From the human T2T-CHM13v2.0 reference genome, Homo sapiens, in the NCBI RefSeq assembly GCF_009914755.1, contig NC_060928.1: a stretch of DNA of 64,000 nucleotides. The stretch is one strand, 5' to 3'. The notes below the pieces were generated by a model, which saw only the letters and a list, made by a program, of their open reading frames with translations, did no database searches and was not told the DNA's origin. Of the stretch, positions 49,303 through 61,995 are shown one piece after another. Within the stretch, counting starts at the first letter, position 1; every line of letters begins with the position of its first letter. The position numbers were made by a program, and so were the translations under genes.

Positions 49303-49612
49303 GGCCGGGCATGGTGGTTCACACTTGATCCCAGTGCTTTGGGAGGCCAAGGTGAGGGGATCACTTGAGCCCAGGAGTTCAAGACTAGCGTGGGCAACAT
49401 AGTGTGACCCTGTCTCTACAAAAAATAGAAAATAATTAGCTGGCTGTGGTGTTGTGTACCTGTGGTCCCAGATACTAGGGAGGCTGAAGTGGGAGGATTA
49501 CTTGAGCCTAGGAGTTCTAGGCTGCAGTGAGCTGTGATCAGGCCACTGAGCTCCAGCCTGAGTGATAGAGCAAGATACTGTCAAAAAAAAAAAAAAAACG
49601 AAAGAAAGAAAG
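49303..49612 (+). mobile_element. AluJ
   Basis: J-type dimer; TSD gaaag(c/t)ataggcca. Confidence 0.92.
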
Positions 49613-50249
49613 TATAGGCCACCTGCCCTTCTGGTCGAGCCACCAACATCCCTCGAGTAGAACAAAAACTGATGATAGAATCCTCATTATAAGAATGCAT
49701 TTGTCTACCCCTGAAAAATGACTTCAAAATCTCTCAGGGTACAATCAGAAAAAGAGTTTCATTACTGAATTTATAGAAGATGAGAATATTCCTTGGAGAA
49801 CTTTTTAAAATAATTTCATCTACATTTTCCTGTCAGAAAGAACTCTTCACCTTCTCCTTTTCCAATAATGAGTCTAACTCTCCTATGTTAGATATGTGGC
49901 GTCAGCTCTTAATAAATCAATAAGATTTCTCAGGAAATAGATAAGACTTAAAAGTCTAATCCATAATAGTTTACATTAGAAATCTGAAGGTTAAAGAGGT
50001 TGCCTTTAAGGCTTTTATCATGGCTCTGAAATGGAATTTCATGAATCAATACATCCTTGAGAGTCAAATGTAGAGCACCATATTTCGATTTGTACCAAAA
50101 GTTAAATATACACTAAAGTTATCACAGACCCGCTGTCAAGAGAAAGTCTTGCTTTACATAGAGTGAAGAAGGTAAAGCCTAGAGTCTGTTTCTGGAATTT
50201 TCACTGACAGACAGATTATAGTCTTGAAAGAATTAACTGTAAAAATAAT

Positions 50250-50445
50250 GAGGCAGTTCTCAGTTACACAGTATACTATTTAATCCTCAGAACAACTTCA
50301 GGAGGTGGGTCCTATTATCATCTGCATTTTACAGATGAGGAAACTGAGTCAGAGAGTGTTTATGACCTGCCTGAGATCATATACAGAGAGTAAGGGATTG
50401 AGCTGGAACCTGAGTGCAGGCGATCTGGCTGGAGTCCATGCTCAG
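50250..50445 (-). mobile_element. MIR
   Basis: tttaatcctcagaacaac...cattttacagatgaggaaactgag. Confidence 0.9.
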
Positions 50446-50772
50446 CACTCCTCCAAATGACATTACATGATGGGACCTACAATGCTGCCTCTCCTGACAT
50501 TTGGAAATTATCAGATTTCAAGAATAAAGCAAGTTACTGGCTAGAAAAAAAAAGGAGGCAAATAAATTAGTTAGAGTTGCTCTTCGACCTATTCAAGTAC
50601 AATTTACTATCAACTATGCAAACTTAGAGTGTTAGCTTGTTTTCTCATCAAATTACTTTTGACTGAGGTAGTGGACACACTTCACCTGTGAGGAAGGTGT
50701 ATAGAACTACACACAGGCACACTCATACACACGCACACACACACACACACATAATAAATGCAAGTAAAACTA

Positions 50773-51103
<331 letters not shown>

Positions 51104-51689
51104 CTAAATAAGTGGTTTATATCAATGTCTGTATCCTGGTTGTAATATTATACCATAGTTTTGCCTCTATGTTGCTGCTGAGGTAAGCCAAATAAATAGT
51201 ATGTGGATGTCTCTGTATTCATTATTCCTCCCAACTATATGCACATCTACAATTATCTCAATACAAATTTCAATTAAAAATTATTAAAAATATATATCTT
51301 TAGGGTTTTTGATATTTTGAAAAATCACTTTCAAATGGATTTGGATTCTCCATACTGAATTTCAAACTATTTTTTGCTCTTAACAAGATGGAGCTTGAGG
51401 AAAAATCACCTGGAAACTTTATACCATGAGGTATTCTCAAGAGGGCTTTAATAACAATATTCAACTGCAGTCCTGATGTGGTGCTGTCTTTACTGAGAAG
51501 TTAAAACTATTATATGATGGTCAGCGATGTGGAAGGCACACTACCTTTTTAGATAATTTTTATGTAACTGAAATAGATGAATAAGAAAATTGTAAACAGG
51601 GAAGGATACCTTTTCCAAGCAACCTGAATGTGGCAGACACCTTTTGATCATAAAACATATCCCTTAAACACACTCCCTCAATCCTACGT

Positions 51690-52820
51690 TTCTCTCCATG
51701 CAGAAGACAAAATTCTTCAAAGAGCTGCCTAATTCCTTGTTGACTTCCTTTCCTCACCTCCTATTCCCTCTTCAAACTACCTCAGTCCTGTTTCAACCCT
51801 CACAACTCATCCCATTAAATTCAACTGAAAATTACTGCACTCAGTTCCTTGCCTTGTCCTCAGCCTCTGAGGCTGCTTTCCCTCCCTGCTTCCGCATTCC
51901 CTCTTCCATGGCTCTTCTGGTTTCCTCCACATCTCAGGTGCTCCTTTGCACTCTGCCCTATGAGCTTGCCCTCCCATTCCTGGCTATGACATGTGGGCGC
52001 TCCTCTCTCCCTAGGTAATCTGATGCAGGCCTATGACTTCATTTTATATCTATGAATGTATCTTTTGCTCACTATTTTATGTCTCAAGACCAGAACTCTA
52101 TATCTCAGATGCCTCAAGTGTCCTCAATATGAAAGCTGGATGTATGATCTTTTCCCCTTTACAGAAGCAAGTAACCCAAGAGTTCTTTTACACCACTCTC
52201 AATATCCAACCCCTTAGCAACCCACTTACCCGCTTATCCTTGTAAGGATTTCTCAAATCTGTGCACTCCTCTCCATCACTCCTGCCACCACCCATATCCC
52301 AGCTACCACTATTTGTCATCTCAACTAAAGCAAGAGCCTGCTAACATATCTCCCTGGCTTCACTCATGCCCCTGACCTCCATCCAAGTGAGCTTCTTGTG
52401 ACCCCCATGCTTAAAACACTTTGATGACTTTTTACTATAAAGACAAAATCCTTAACACGGCCCCCTGCTCTCTACTCCAGCCATATGAGCACTTCTTTGT
52501 GGTTTTCACAGAAGCTGTCTCTGTTTCCTCTGGCTGAGCCAATCTTTCCAGTTTGTTTGCCGAATGAATTTCTACTCACCCTTCATACTTCAGCTCCATG
52601 AACAATATTTCCTCAGGCAGGACGTGCCTGTCCTCTCCATCCCCCAATATAGGCTCACACATTGCCATATGCCATTCTTTGTAGCACTTACTGATATTTA
52701 AATGCAACTTCCATCTGTGTGATTGTATGGTTAATGCGTGCCTCCTCACTGGACTGTAAACTCCTCAGGGAAGAAACATGTTTACATGTACTCATCACTG
52801 TACTCATGCCTGACACACTC
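51690..52820 (+). mobile_element. L2 fragment
   Basis: Pyrimidine-rich L2 body and 3' motif cactggactgtaaactcc...catcactgtactc...cctgacac. Confidence 0.75.
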
Positions 52821-53153
52821 CCACAAACACACCTATATTGAGGAAATAGCACCAAAAATAAAAGGTAGATTTTAGAAATGGTAGAAATTGTGCCTCTGCC
52901 TTTCTGCCCCTTCGCACCCTGGCTGGAGAAGAAGATGAGGTTTTATAATTATATACATGATAAAATTTGTCACTTAAATATCCCCAAAATTGAAAAAAAA
53001 AAATGCTGTCATTGATACAACTGTTATTTAAATATTACCATTCATGTTTTAATTGAATTATGATATTTTCAATTAATCTTGATTTTTCCCCATATCTCCA
53101 TTCCACAGGTAATAAAGAAGTAAAAAAAATGAGTAAATAAGTTTTTTAATTAA

Positions 53154-53447
<294 letters not shown>

Positions 53448-54244
53448 ATCTTTATTTTCTCTCAAAATTTTAATTCACAAGTAAAAGCTGAAAATGTGTA
53501 TAAATAAGGAGTTTTATATTGTTAAAATAATAATGCAATTTTCAGATGTTTAACTTATTAGACAAATGGCATTGCTAAAAATTTCCCTTAGGGCATCATT
53601 TGTTTGCCTTCACGTTTGTGATAATCAACGTCATAATTTTATCAGTGTCTTCATAGCTTTTGTAACTACACAAAAAATCTTAACGTGAGCATCACATCCT
53701 TTCCTCCTTCCACTCTCACCTTTCCACAAACAAGAGAAAGTTACCAGCTTAGCCTTACCCTGTCCCTTGTGGCTTTGAGTACAGAAAATGGGAAATTCCA
53801 TGCAAGTGGATCTTCAAGAGGAAAACAGTTAAAGAACTATACTCCTCATGGGCTGAACATGCAGAAGGAGCCGACCCCTGGGAGAAGGTTACCCTGGGGA
53901 AACAGCACAGAGGTTGCTGAGAATCCAAAGAGAAAGGCGACAGTGGGAAAGGGAAGATAACATAGATGAAGGAAAACACTTCTTGGCTAGGAGGGCTGCA
54001 GTCTCCCAAAGTTATAAGTGCCAAAGAATAGAAAGGGGACGAGGGACTTTAATGAGATTTGACTTGAACGGTACTTGAATGCTGTTAAGTACTGGAGGGA
54101 GTTTCAGGTGGACTGGAATTCTTGCTTGGACTGTGCATCTTCCAAAAGACATGCTCACATCACACTTTCTTTACCAATCGCTAAAAATAAGAATACTTAT
54201 TCTGCACTTACTCAGTGCTGGATACTACAGAGAATGTTCCTGGT

Positions 54245-55842
54245 TCAAGCAACTATCCTAGACTTACTAGTAAGAATTTTTTGGCCAGAAGGTGAGAAAT
54301 GCATCCATCAAAAATTTAGGAGCCAGCCGGGCAGGGTGGTTCATGCCTGTAATCCCAGCACTTTGGGAGGCCAAGATGGGTGGATTACCTGAGGTCAGGA
54401 GTTCGAGACCAGCCTAACCAACATGGTGAAACCCCATCTCTACTAAAAATACAAAAATTAGCCAGGCATAGTGGCACATGCCTGTAATCCCAGCTACTTG
54501 GGAGGCTGAGGCAGTAGAATCACTTGAACGCGGAAGGCAGAGGTTACAGTGAGCCATTGCACTCCAGCCTGGGCAACAAGAGTGAAACTCCCATCTCAGA
54601 AAAAAAAAGAAAGAAAAAAAAATTTAGGCGGCTTCCACCTCAGTGAAATGTCTAGGGGTCCAGTGGTGTGGGGCACGTTGAGATATCCCTTCTAAGGTGA
54701 AAGATAATTTGTTGCATCTGGTCCCTCCTACAGCCAGGAAAGAGGTATATGCCTGGTGATCCTCTTTGGATTTTGGAGGCAACATATTTCCCATTTGAGT
54801 GTGCTACTCCAGTCCATTCACTGAGTGACCCAAAAGCTGCTAGTTTTCAGTGGGTCCTGAACAGAATAAGGTTCTGTAACAAGTCCAGGATGCTATGCTG
54901 GCTGCTCTGATTCTTGGGCCAAAGGATCTGGCAGATACAATGGCTTGAAGTGCCAGAGGCAGACAGGGATACTGTCTGGAGCCTTTGGCAGGCCCAGCTA
55001 GGTGAATCACAGCACAAGCCCTTAGGATTTTAGAGCAAAGCCCTGCCATTCTCTGCAGACAACTACTCTCCCTTTTGAGAAATAGCCTTTGGCTTGCTAC
55101 TGGGCCTTAATAGAAATTGGACACTTACTACGCTCATCATGAACAGGATGTTAATGACCTTCCAAGATATAAAGTTGGGTGTGCATAACAGTAATCCACT
55201 ATCAAATGGAAGTGTTATTAATATATATAGGCTCAAAGTGGCACTGAAGGTACAAGTAAGTTACATGAGGAAGTGGCCCAAATCCCCATGGACCTGACTC
55301 CTGCTATGTTATCTCCTCTCCCTCTGTCCACAACTACAACCTTATGGGAGAAAACTTGGGCCTGTTCACAGATGCTTCCACATGACATGCAGGCACCATC
55401 TGAAAGTGGACGGCTGCAGCACTATAGCCCATTTCAGGAACACCTATGAAGGACAGCAGCGAAGGGAAATCCTCCCAGAGGGCAGAACTTCAAATACTGC
55501 TTCTGGTTGTTTATTTTGCTTGGAAGGAGAAATGGCCAAATGTACAGTTCTATACTGATAAATGGGATGAAGCCAGTGACTTGGTCGTATGTTGAGAAAC
55601 TTGGAACATGATTGGAAAATTGGTGAAAAGGTCAGGGGAAGAGATATGTGGACAGACTTCTCTAAATGGGCAAAAATACTTGAAGATAATTGTGTCCCAC
55701 GTGCATGCTCATCAAAGGGTGGTTTCAGCAGAGAAAGAGTTTAATATCAAGAGGACAGGATGACTTGTTCTGTTGATACCAGTCAACCACTTTCCAGACA
55801 CTCCTGTCATTGCCCAAAGGGCTGATGTACAAAGTGGCCACA
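54245..55842 (+). mobile_element. Decayed ERVL internal pol segment (RT C-terminal part and RNase H), split by an Alu
   Basis: Translates to SVKCLGVQWCGAR*DIPSKVKDNLLHLVPP, EGKSSQRAEL and VSHVHAHQR, resembling ERVL/HERV-L pol motifs; many stops and frameshifts. Confidence 0.9.
54323..54622 (+). mobile_element. AluS
   Basis: Dimer; TSD aaaatttagg. Confidence 0.93.
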
Positions 55843-56120
55843 CAGTCATCTAGTGCTTGTGACACACCACAACATAAACACAAAATCCATAATGCCAATT
55901 ATCATCATGGGTTTGTGCCCATGTTGATATATATAGCTCATCATACAGCTTGATACTATAGTTCCACACAATTTCTACACAGAATGGAAAGAATATATTT
56001 GTTTATTTACATCTTTAATATAAGGTAGCATTAAGCCTCTAACAAATATTCATTTGTCAATCTAATACTCTCCTAACATGTATTAACTTGTCAATTTAGC
56101 ACCCTACTAAAGAAGCTTTA

Positions 56121-56454
<334 letters not shown>

Positions 56455-57214
56455 TCATATATCTCAAATGTGAAAAATCTAAATCCATCCAAATAACCCT
56501 AAATTTTTTTTCTGAAACTAAGAAGGATCTACATAAGTGTTCCAGGAACAAAATGTTGTGAGAAAAACAAGCAGTATTTGTTACTTATTACAAATTGAGT
56601 ATGATAGAACCAGGCAGCTGGAAGTCCTTTTATTTGACAATCACAAAAGCATCATCTTCAGGATAAAGGCTTTGCAAACATCTCAAAGGACACAGTAAGC
56701 ACTTCCACTTCGAGGACTATGAAATGCTAGATATTCTAAGAATCCCTCAGGCAATAAGTTAAACAGAAACTGGACTGACTACAACAAGCTTATTGCCTTG
56801 CTAAGCTCACAGCGAGGTGTAAGCTGAAGTCCAGGTCTTGGGAAAGAGGAGCATTAAGAATAAAGAGATGCAGCTAAACTTTGAGACCATCCCGTGCATG
56901 CAGGCAAAAATGGAGAGCCAAACCTGAGAGGCCCACATCCAGCTGGAGCTCCTGAAGGAAGCACTGTCTTTCCTATTTAATAAGGGCCTTACGGGACTGC
57001 AGTTAGACATTTTAGGGGACTGCATAGTAATGCGACACTGCTGGAGACAGAAAGGGGCAGACACAGGGGCCCTATTGCATCCTAGATGTGAAATCTATTT
57101 AAGGGGGTGGGGGTGGTGGGCAAAGATAGAGAGAGCTCAAGAGGGTTGTATTTAGGAAATCATAAAGATTTTTTTCACCGTTTCTAGCAAGACAAGGATT
57201 CCAGACATCTTCAG

Positions 57215-57613
57215 AGTATCCAGCAGTTAGCTGACAGCCTCCAGCTGCCATGCCTTCAGGATCTGTGGCAGCATCCTATCCCCAAGCCTCTCCTCGTCAA
57301 TGCCTAAACATGTTGGGGCTGGGCTTTCCTGCTCAATGGTTGACTCATCTGCTGGGCAGTCTTTGCTGTAGAGGACCCCCTGGTCTAACCAAGATTTTTT
57401 CAAAGCTCTATTCAGTCTGAGTCTCTTCCTGCCCAACCTCCTTCCTTCCTTCTTTCCATTCACAAGTGTCAGACTGGCATCACAGTCTGAGTCCTACCCA
57501 CCTATTCCTTCTCCCTTGTCCCTGTGTCCTTCACAAACTTCCCTCCCAATGAATCTCTTGCCTATCTAATTCCATCATGGAGGCTGAACCTCAGAGCATC
57601 TCTGAACTGACAT
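57215..57613 (+). mobile_element. Old ERVL LTR (LTR16-like)
   Basis: gctgacagcctccagctg...cacaagtgtcagactggcatcacagtctga...ccaatgaatctcttg...gaactgaca. Confidence 0.65.
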
Positions 57614-58023
57614 AATAATCAATAGTGCTATTTTGTATTTGTTTTATTTTATAAGAAGGAAATACTGTTACTGTGATAAAAGCACATTAAATTTCATGAA
57701 TGCTATGCAATTACTTATTTTTTAAAGCATTAATGTGACAAATACTAATATAGCTCTTAGCTTTCATACACTAAAACTAGTAAATTATTTAATACATGCA
57801 ATTGATGAAAATGAAATATTAAATAGAAACTATAACTACTTATGTACAATGGTCCAATCATTTTATATATTCCCATTGTTCAAATAGCATTTATACACAC
57901 ATGCGCGCGCACACACACACACACACACCCCTTGCCAGGATATCGATGTACTCAGCATAACATGCTCAGGCCTTTCAAAAGAAATTGTTTTAATCAGAGA
58001 AATAAGACAACAATCTGCCTATT

Positions 58024-58229
58024 CTTTTGTTTTGAGATGGTGTATCTCTCTATCACCCAGGCTGAAGTTCAGTGGCATGAACATAGCTCACTGCAGCCTC
58101 ATACTCCTGAGCTCAAATGATCCCCCTGCCTCAGCCTCCCAAGTAGCTGAAACCACAGGTGTACGCCATCATGCTCAGTTAATTTTTCTATTTTTTATAG
58201 AGATGGGGTCTCACCATGTTGCCCAGGCT
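58024..58229 (-). mobile_element. AluJ, 5'-truncated
   Basis: Right arm plus part of the left arm; 15-bp TSD aacaatct(g/a)cctatt. Confidence 0.9.
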
Positions 58230-59579
58230 AACAATCTACCTATTAACCCCAAATTAAATATTATTCTACATATGGACTTAAAAATTATTACATTTGTAAT
58301 TTGGATTATGTTAGTTATCACTAAACAAATATTAATTTTGTTTCGATAGCACCCTGGGAACTACAACCAGGCAAAACTGCAAAGCAAATGAAGGTAAAGC
58401 TGCCTATGACCCCCCTCCCATTCATTTTTAGTCTTTCCAAGTTCTTCTCCATCCCAGTACTACTTCAAGGCTATAAACGAGGCTCCCCAGAGTCCACAAA
58501 ATGTTCCCTCCAAGAGGACATCCTCTAAAGTATTAACAAGTGATACCAGCTCATAGTACAGTTGCTTTTCAGAAAGAAAATAATCTGAGCTGCAGTGAAA
58601 ACTGTCCCACAGAGCTAACCCTGTGACCTGGATCTGAGGGGATTAAAGGCAAAGCTCACTGATTTGAAAAGTGAAATACAGCTGACTTCAGCTTTCCTGC
58701 TGAACCACAGCTTTCTAACTATTCCTTGTCAAAATGTGTGTCACTACAGGCTTTGTCATCAATGATGTCAATGTGAGGCAGCAGCTAAAGAACTGTGTGA
58801 AGACAAAAATGTTAAATAAGAAAAATGCACATATAAACTTTCAATTACCTGTAAATATGTCAGAAGTCCAGTGTAGTAAACACTCCTTCACAAGTCTTTA
58901 AAATCCAAACCTCTGTTAAATTCACCAGGTCTAGGCCTGCTTTCTGGTACTGGTGTTCAGTTCATAACATCTGATTTCCTTCTTTGAATTTATAATTCAT
59001 TTACCAACCATTTAGGCTCAGTAACAAACCTACTTTAGAAAGAGCCAGGCCAGCTCAAGAGAACGACTGGATCTGGGCCATTTTATGTAAACAAAGAATC
59101 ATCTGACTTCATGAATTGTCAAGGGAAATATCATAGGAAGGAAGAGATGGGAATGGAAAAATTAAATACTTCTGTAAATTGCTTGGATCCTGTCTTTAAC
59201 ATACATTTTGTGATATGAGTTCCCACCATGTCTGCAAGTGATTTTGTTTATTAAATGCCCTTCACACACATTATTTTATCTAATTACGAAAACAATTCTA
59301 TGTTGTAGGTTTGCTTGGCTCCATTTTGCACAAAAGGAAATCACTTCTGGTGGAATTTCAGTGATTTAGATGAAACTTACACTTGCCATGTGGCAGACTG
59401 GGGAGTAGACTCCAAATAAGAACTGTACTACGCAGCTTCTTTGCAAAATGCCATGCAGCAATTTTCTTTCGCTCAACACAATATTTCAAAAAGGTATTCA
59501 TAGCTGCTCAATAAAGTGTTTCTTGGCCACAAAAGATTACCATGCTACAGGATTTACAAGATTAAAAGTAATAATTTGG

Positions 59580-59873
<294 letters not shown>

Positions 59874-60069
59874 GTAATAATTTGTTCTCCAGGCTGCGCT
59901 TCTATCTAGGCTTCTGTATATATAGTATATAGGTTTTCTGTTTTGCCTTTTGTTGTAAAGTTGTCAGGAGTCTGTCTTCGCTGCTATAGTATCTCTCCAC
60001 CAGGAAACTTTCTTTTAATTTGCTATCTCTCAGGGGCTGTGAGATTGGAAACCAGACTACCATGTTAAA

Positions 60070-60436
60070 ATCATTCATATAGCAAGCATTTATTGAGCCT
60101 CTTTTATTTATCATCAACAGTGCAGTAGCTGCTGATGATCTGAGCTCCTTTAGACTCAGTCCCTGTCCTCCAGGAATCTGCAGTCCAACGGAGAAGATAA
60201 GCACACAGAGAGAGGAACCCAACAGTGGAGCTCCAGATGCTAATGCAGATATGACACGCTGCTGTGAGTGCACAGGAGATGCGGAAACTAGCTCCGTCTC
60301 TGAGAACGGTTCTCGGAAGTGAGATGTGAGCTGGATTTTGAAGAATATATACAATTTTATTAAGCAAAACAGAGGAAGTGAGGGAATTACAGGCACAAAA
60401 GAACAGAGCATGAGAAAAGTCATGGTATACTGGAAG
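60070..60436 (-). mobile_element. L2 3' fragment
   Basis: tcattcat...gcatttattgagc...cagtccctgtcctccaggaatctgcagtc...tgagctggattttgaag. Confidence 0.8.
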
Positions 60437-61116
60437 GACTTGATGGATTTAGAAAAGGTAGACAACTTAAAATAACAAGTCAAGGAAGACGTTCTATAAA
60501 ATAAACTTTGAGTCAGAGCTATAGGTAAAGGGCATGAGGTTAGTAGATGAACTTGTTGACATCTATTTTGGGTTTGCAGAGGACTTTTTTCTTACATTCT
60601 GGTTAGATGTGTTTGATATTATAATATATTTGGGCTATAAGTAGGTAAACTGTTATTGCCATATGGGACTTTTTTGCGTTGTGATTTTTTCCACTAATCA
60701 ACCTCAGTTTACTCATAAGTACCCATGTATAGCTTACCTGTAACATGTACATACTAAAATATAACTGCAACCCACTAGAGTATGAGTTCCATGAAGGCAT
60801 GACCATCTGTTTTCTTCATTGTTGATTCCCCAGCCCCTAGAGCACTTAAATGTTTGTTGACTGAATAAATGCACAAGTTCATTTATGTTGTGCTTTACAT
60901 AAGTTTACCTACTTATAGTCTAATTATATAGTAATTTCAAACACATCTAACCAAAAAGTAAGAAAACAGGCCTCCGTAAACCCAAAATAGATGTCAACAA
61001 GTTCATCTACTAACCTCATGCCCTTTAGCTCTAGTTCTGACTCAAAGTTTATTTTATAAAACATCTTCCTCAACTGCTAACTTTAAATTGTCTAACTTTT
61101 CTAAATCCATCAAGTC
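60437..61116. repeat. Long inverted repeat: 215-bp arms (60437-60651 and 60902-61116) with a 250-bp spacer
   Basis: Manual alignment of arm 1 to the reverse complement of arm 2 gives 190/215 identities without gaps and a 50-bp perfect block (taaagggcatgaggttagtagatgaacttgttgacatctattttgggttt). Confidence 0.97.
60770..60870 (+). mobile_element. Short L2 3' end inside the inverted-repeat spacer
   Basis: cactagagtatgagttccatgaaggca...ttccccagcccctagagcac...aaatgtttgttgactgaat. Confidence 0.75.
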
Positions 61117-61489
61117 GTGCAAATCATTTTCATGTCTATTACCTTCTTTTATCCTATTAACATGACACAAATAAAAGCAAGCACCATTTTAACTAAATGA
61201 GAAAGTACTCACCCATGCCTGGTTCCTCTAGCTCCCATCACTATGGCCTTAATGCTTCCGTGGCAACATTTAAGAATGGCGCACACATCCCTGCCTTTAG
61301 AGCTACTATTGGCTCATCCCCAAAACAGCCATGCAAATTTTTCTTCACAAGAAAAGCTTCTACAAATCCAACAACCAGCAGCGGTAGTGTTGACGATTTT
61401 GTTTTTTAGAGTATCTATGCCATCTGTTACATCTGGCTTATAACAGGGTGAGCTGAATTGACAAGTGATACCCAATTACAGTAATTATT

Positions 61490-61672
61490 CTAGGGTCCAC
61501 AGAATCACCTGGAGGGCTTGTTAAAGCACAAATTGCTTCTCTCCCCCGCCTCTTTCTACTGCCAGTTTCTGCTTCAGTACACCTGGGGGGAGCACGAGAA
61601 TTTGCATTTTTAACGAGTTCTCTGGTGTTGTTGATGCTGCTGGTCCAGGGACCACACCTTGAGAACCACTGA
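61490..61672. mobile_element. MER5A
   Basis: agaatcacctggagggcttgttaaagcaca...atttgcatttttaac...tgctgctggtccagggaccacaccttgagaaccactg. Confidence 0.9.
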
Positions 61673-61945
61673 TCTGGATAATCAGGACAATCCATTCACT
61701 CTACTATTGTAATTACATCAGTATGCCCTCTGCCTTTTTGTTTAACTTTTTTTCCTATTTTTAATCCACATCAATCTTCAGTCATATACAGAAATAAATG
61801 TTCAGATATAGAAATAAATGTTAATTCGGATACATTATTTTATGAAAACTGAAGTTTCATTCACCTTCTTGCCAATTAAAATGAGTTAAAAGAAGAAAAA
61901 AGTACACAAGAGGGGAAGGTAACTGCAGAGAATTAGTATAACATT

Positions 61946-61995
61946 ATTTTTAAATGAAATACTTCAATTTATTTTTAAATGAAATACTTCAATTT
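61946..61995. repeat. Exact 25-bp tandem duplication
   Basis: atttttaaatgaaatacttcaattt occurs twice in a row. Confidence 0.95.

Noticed and set aside
60130-60146. TGATGA followed by CTGA, resembling snoRNA C/D boxes
   Set aside because: The boxes are adjacent with no guide region and lie inside an L2.
59902-60483. 193-aa minus-strand ORF
   Set aside because: Lies mostly in an L2 remnant, has a non-ATG start and shows no protein-like features.
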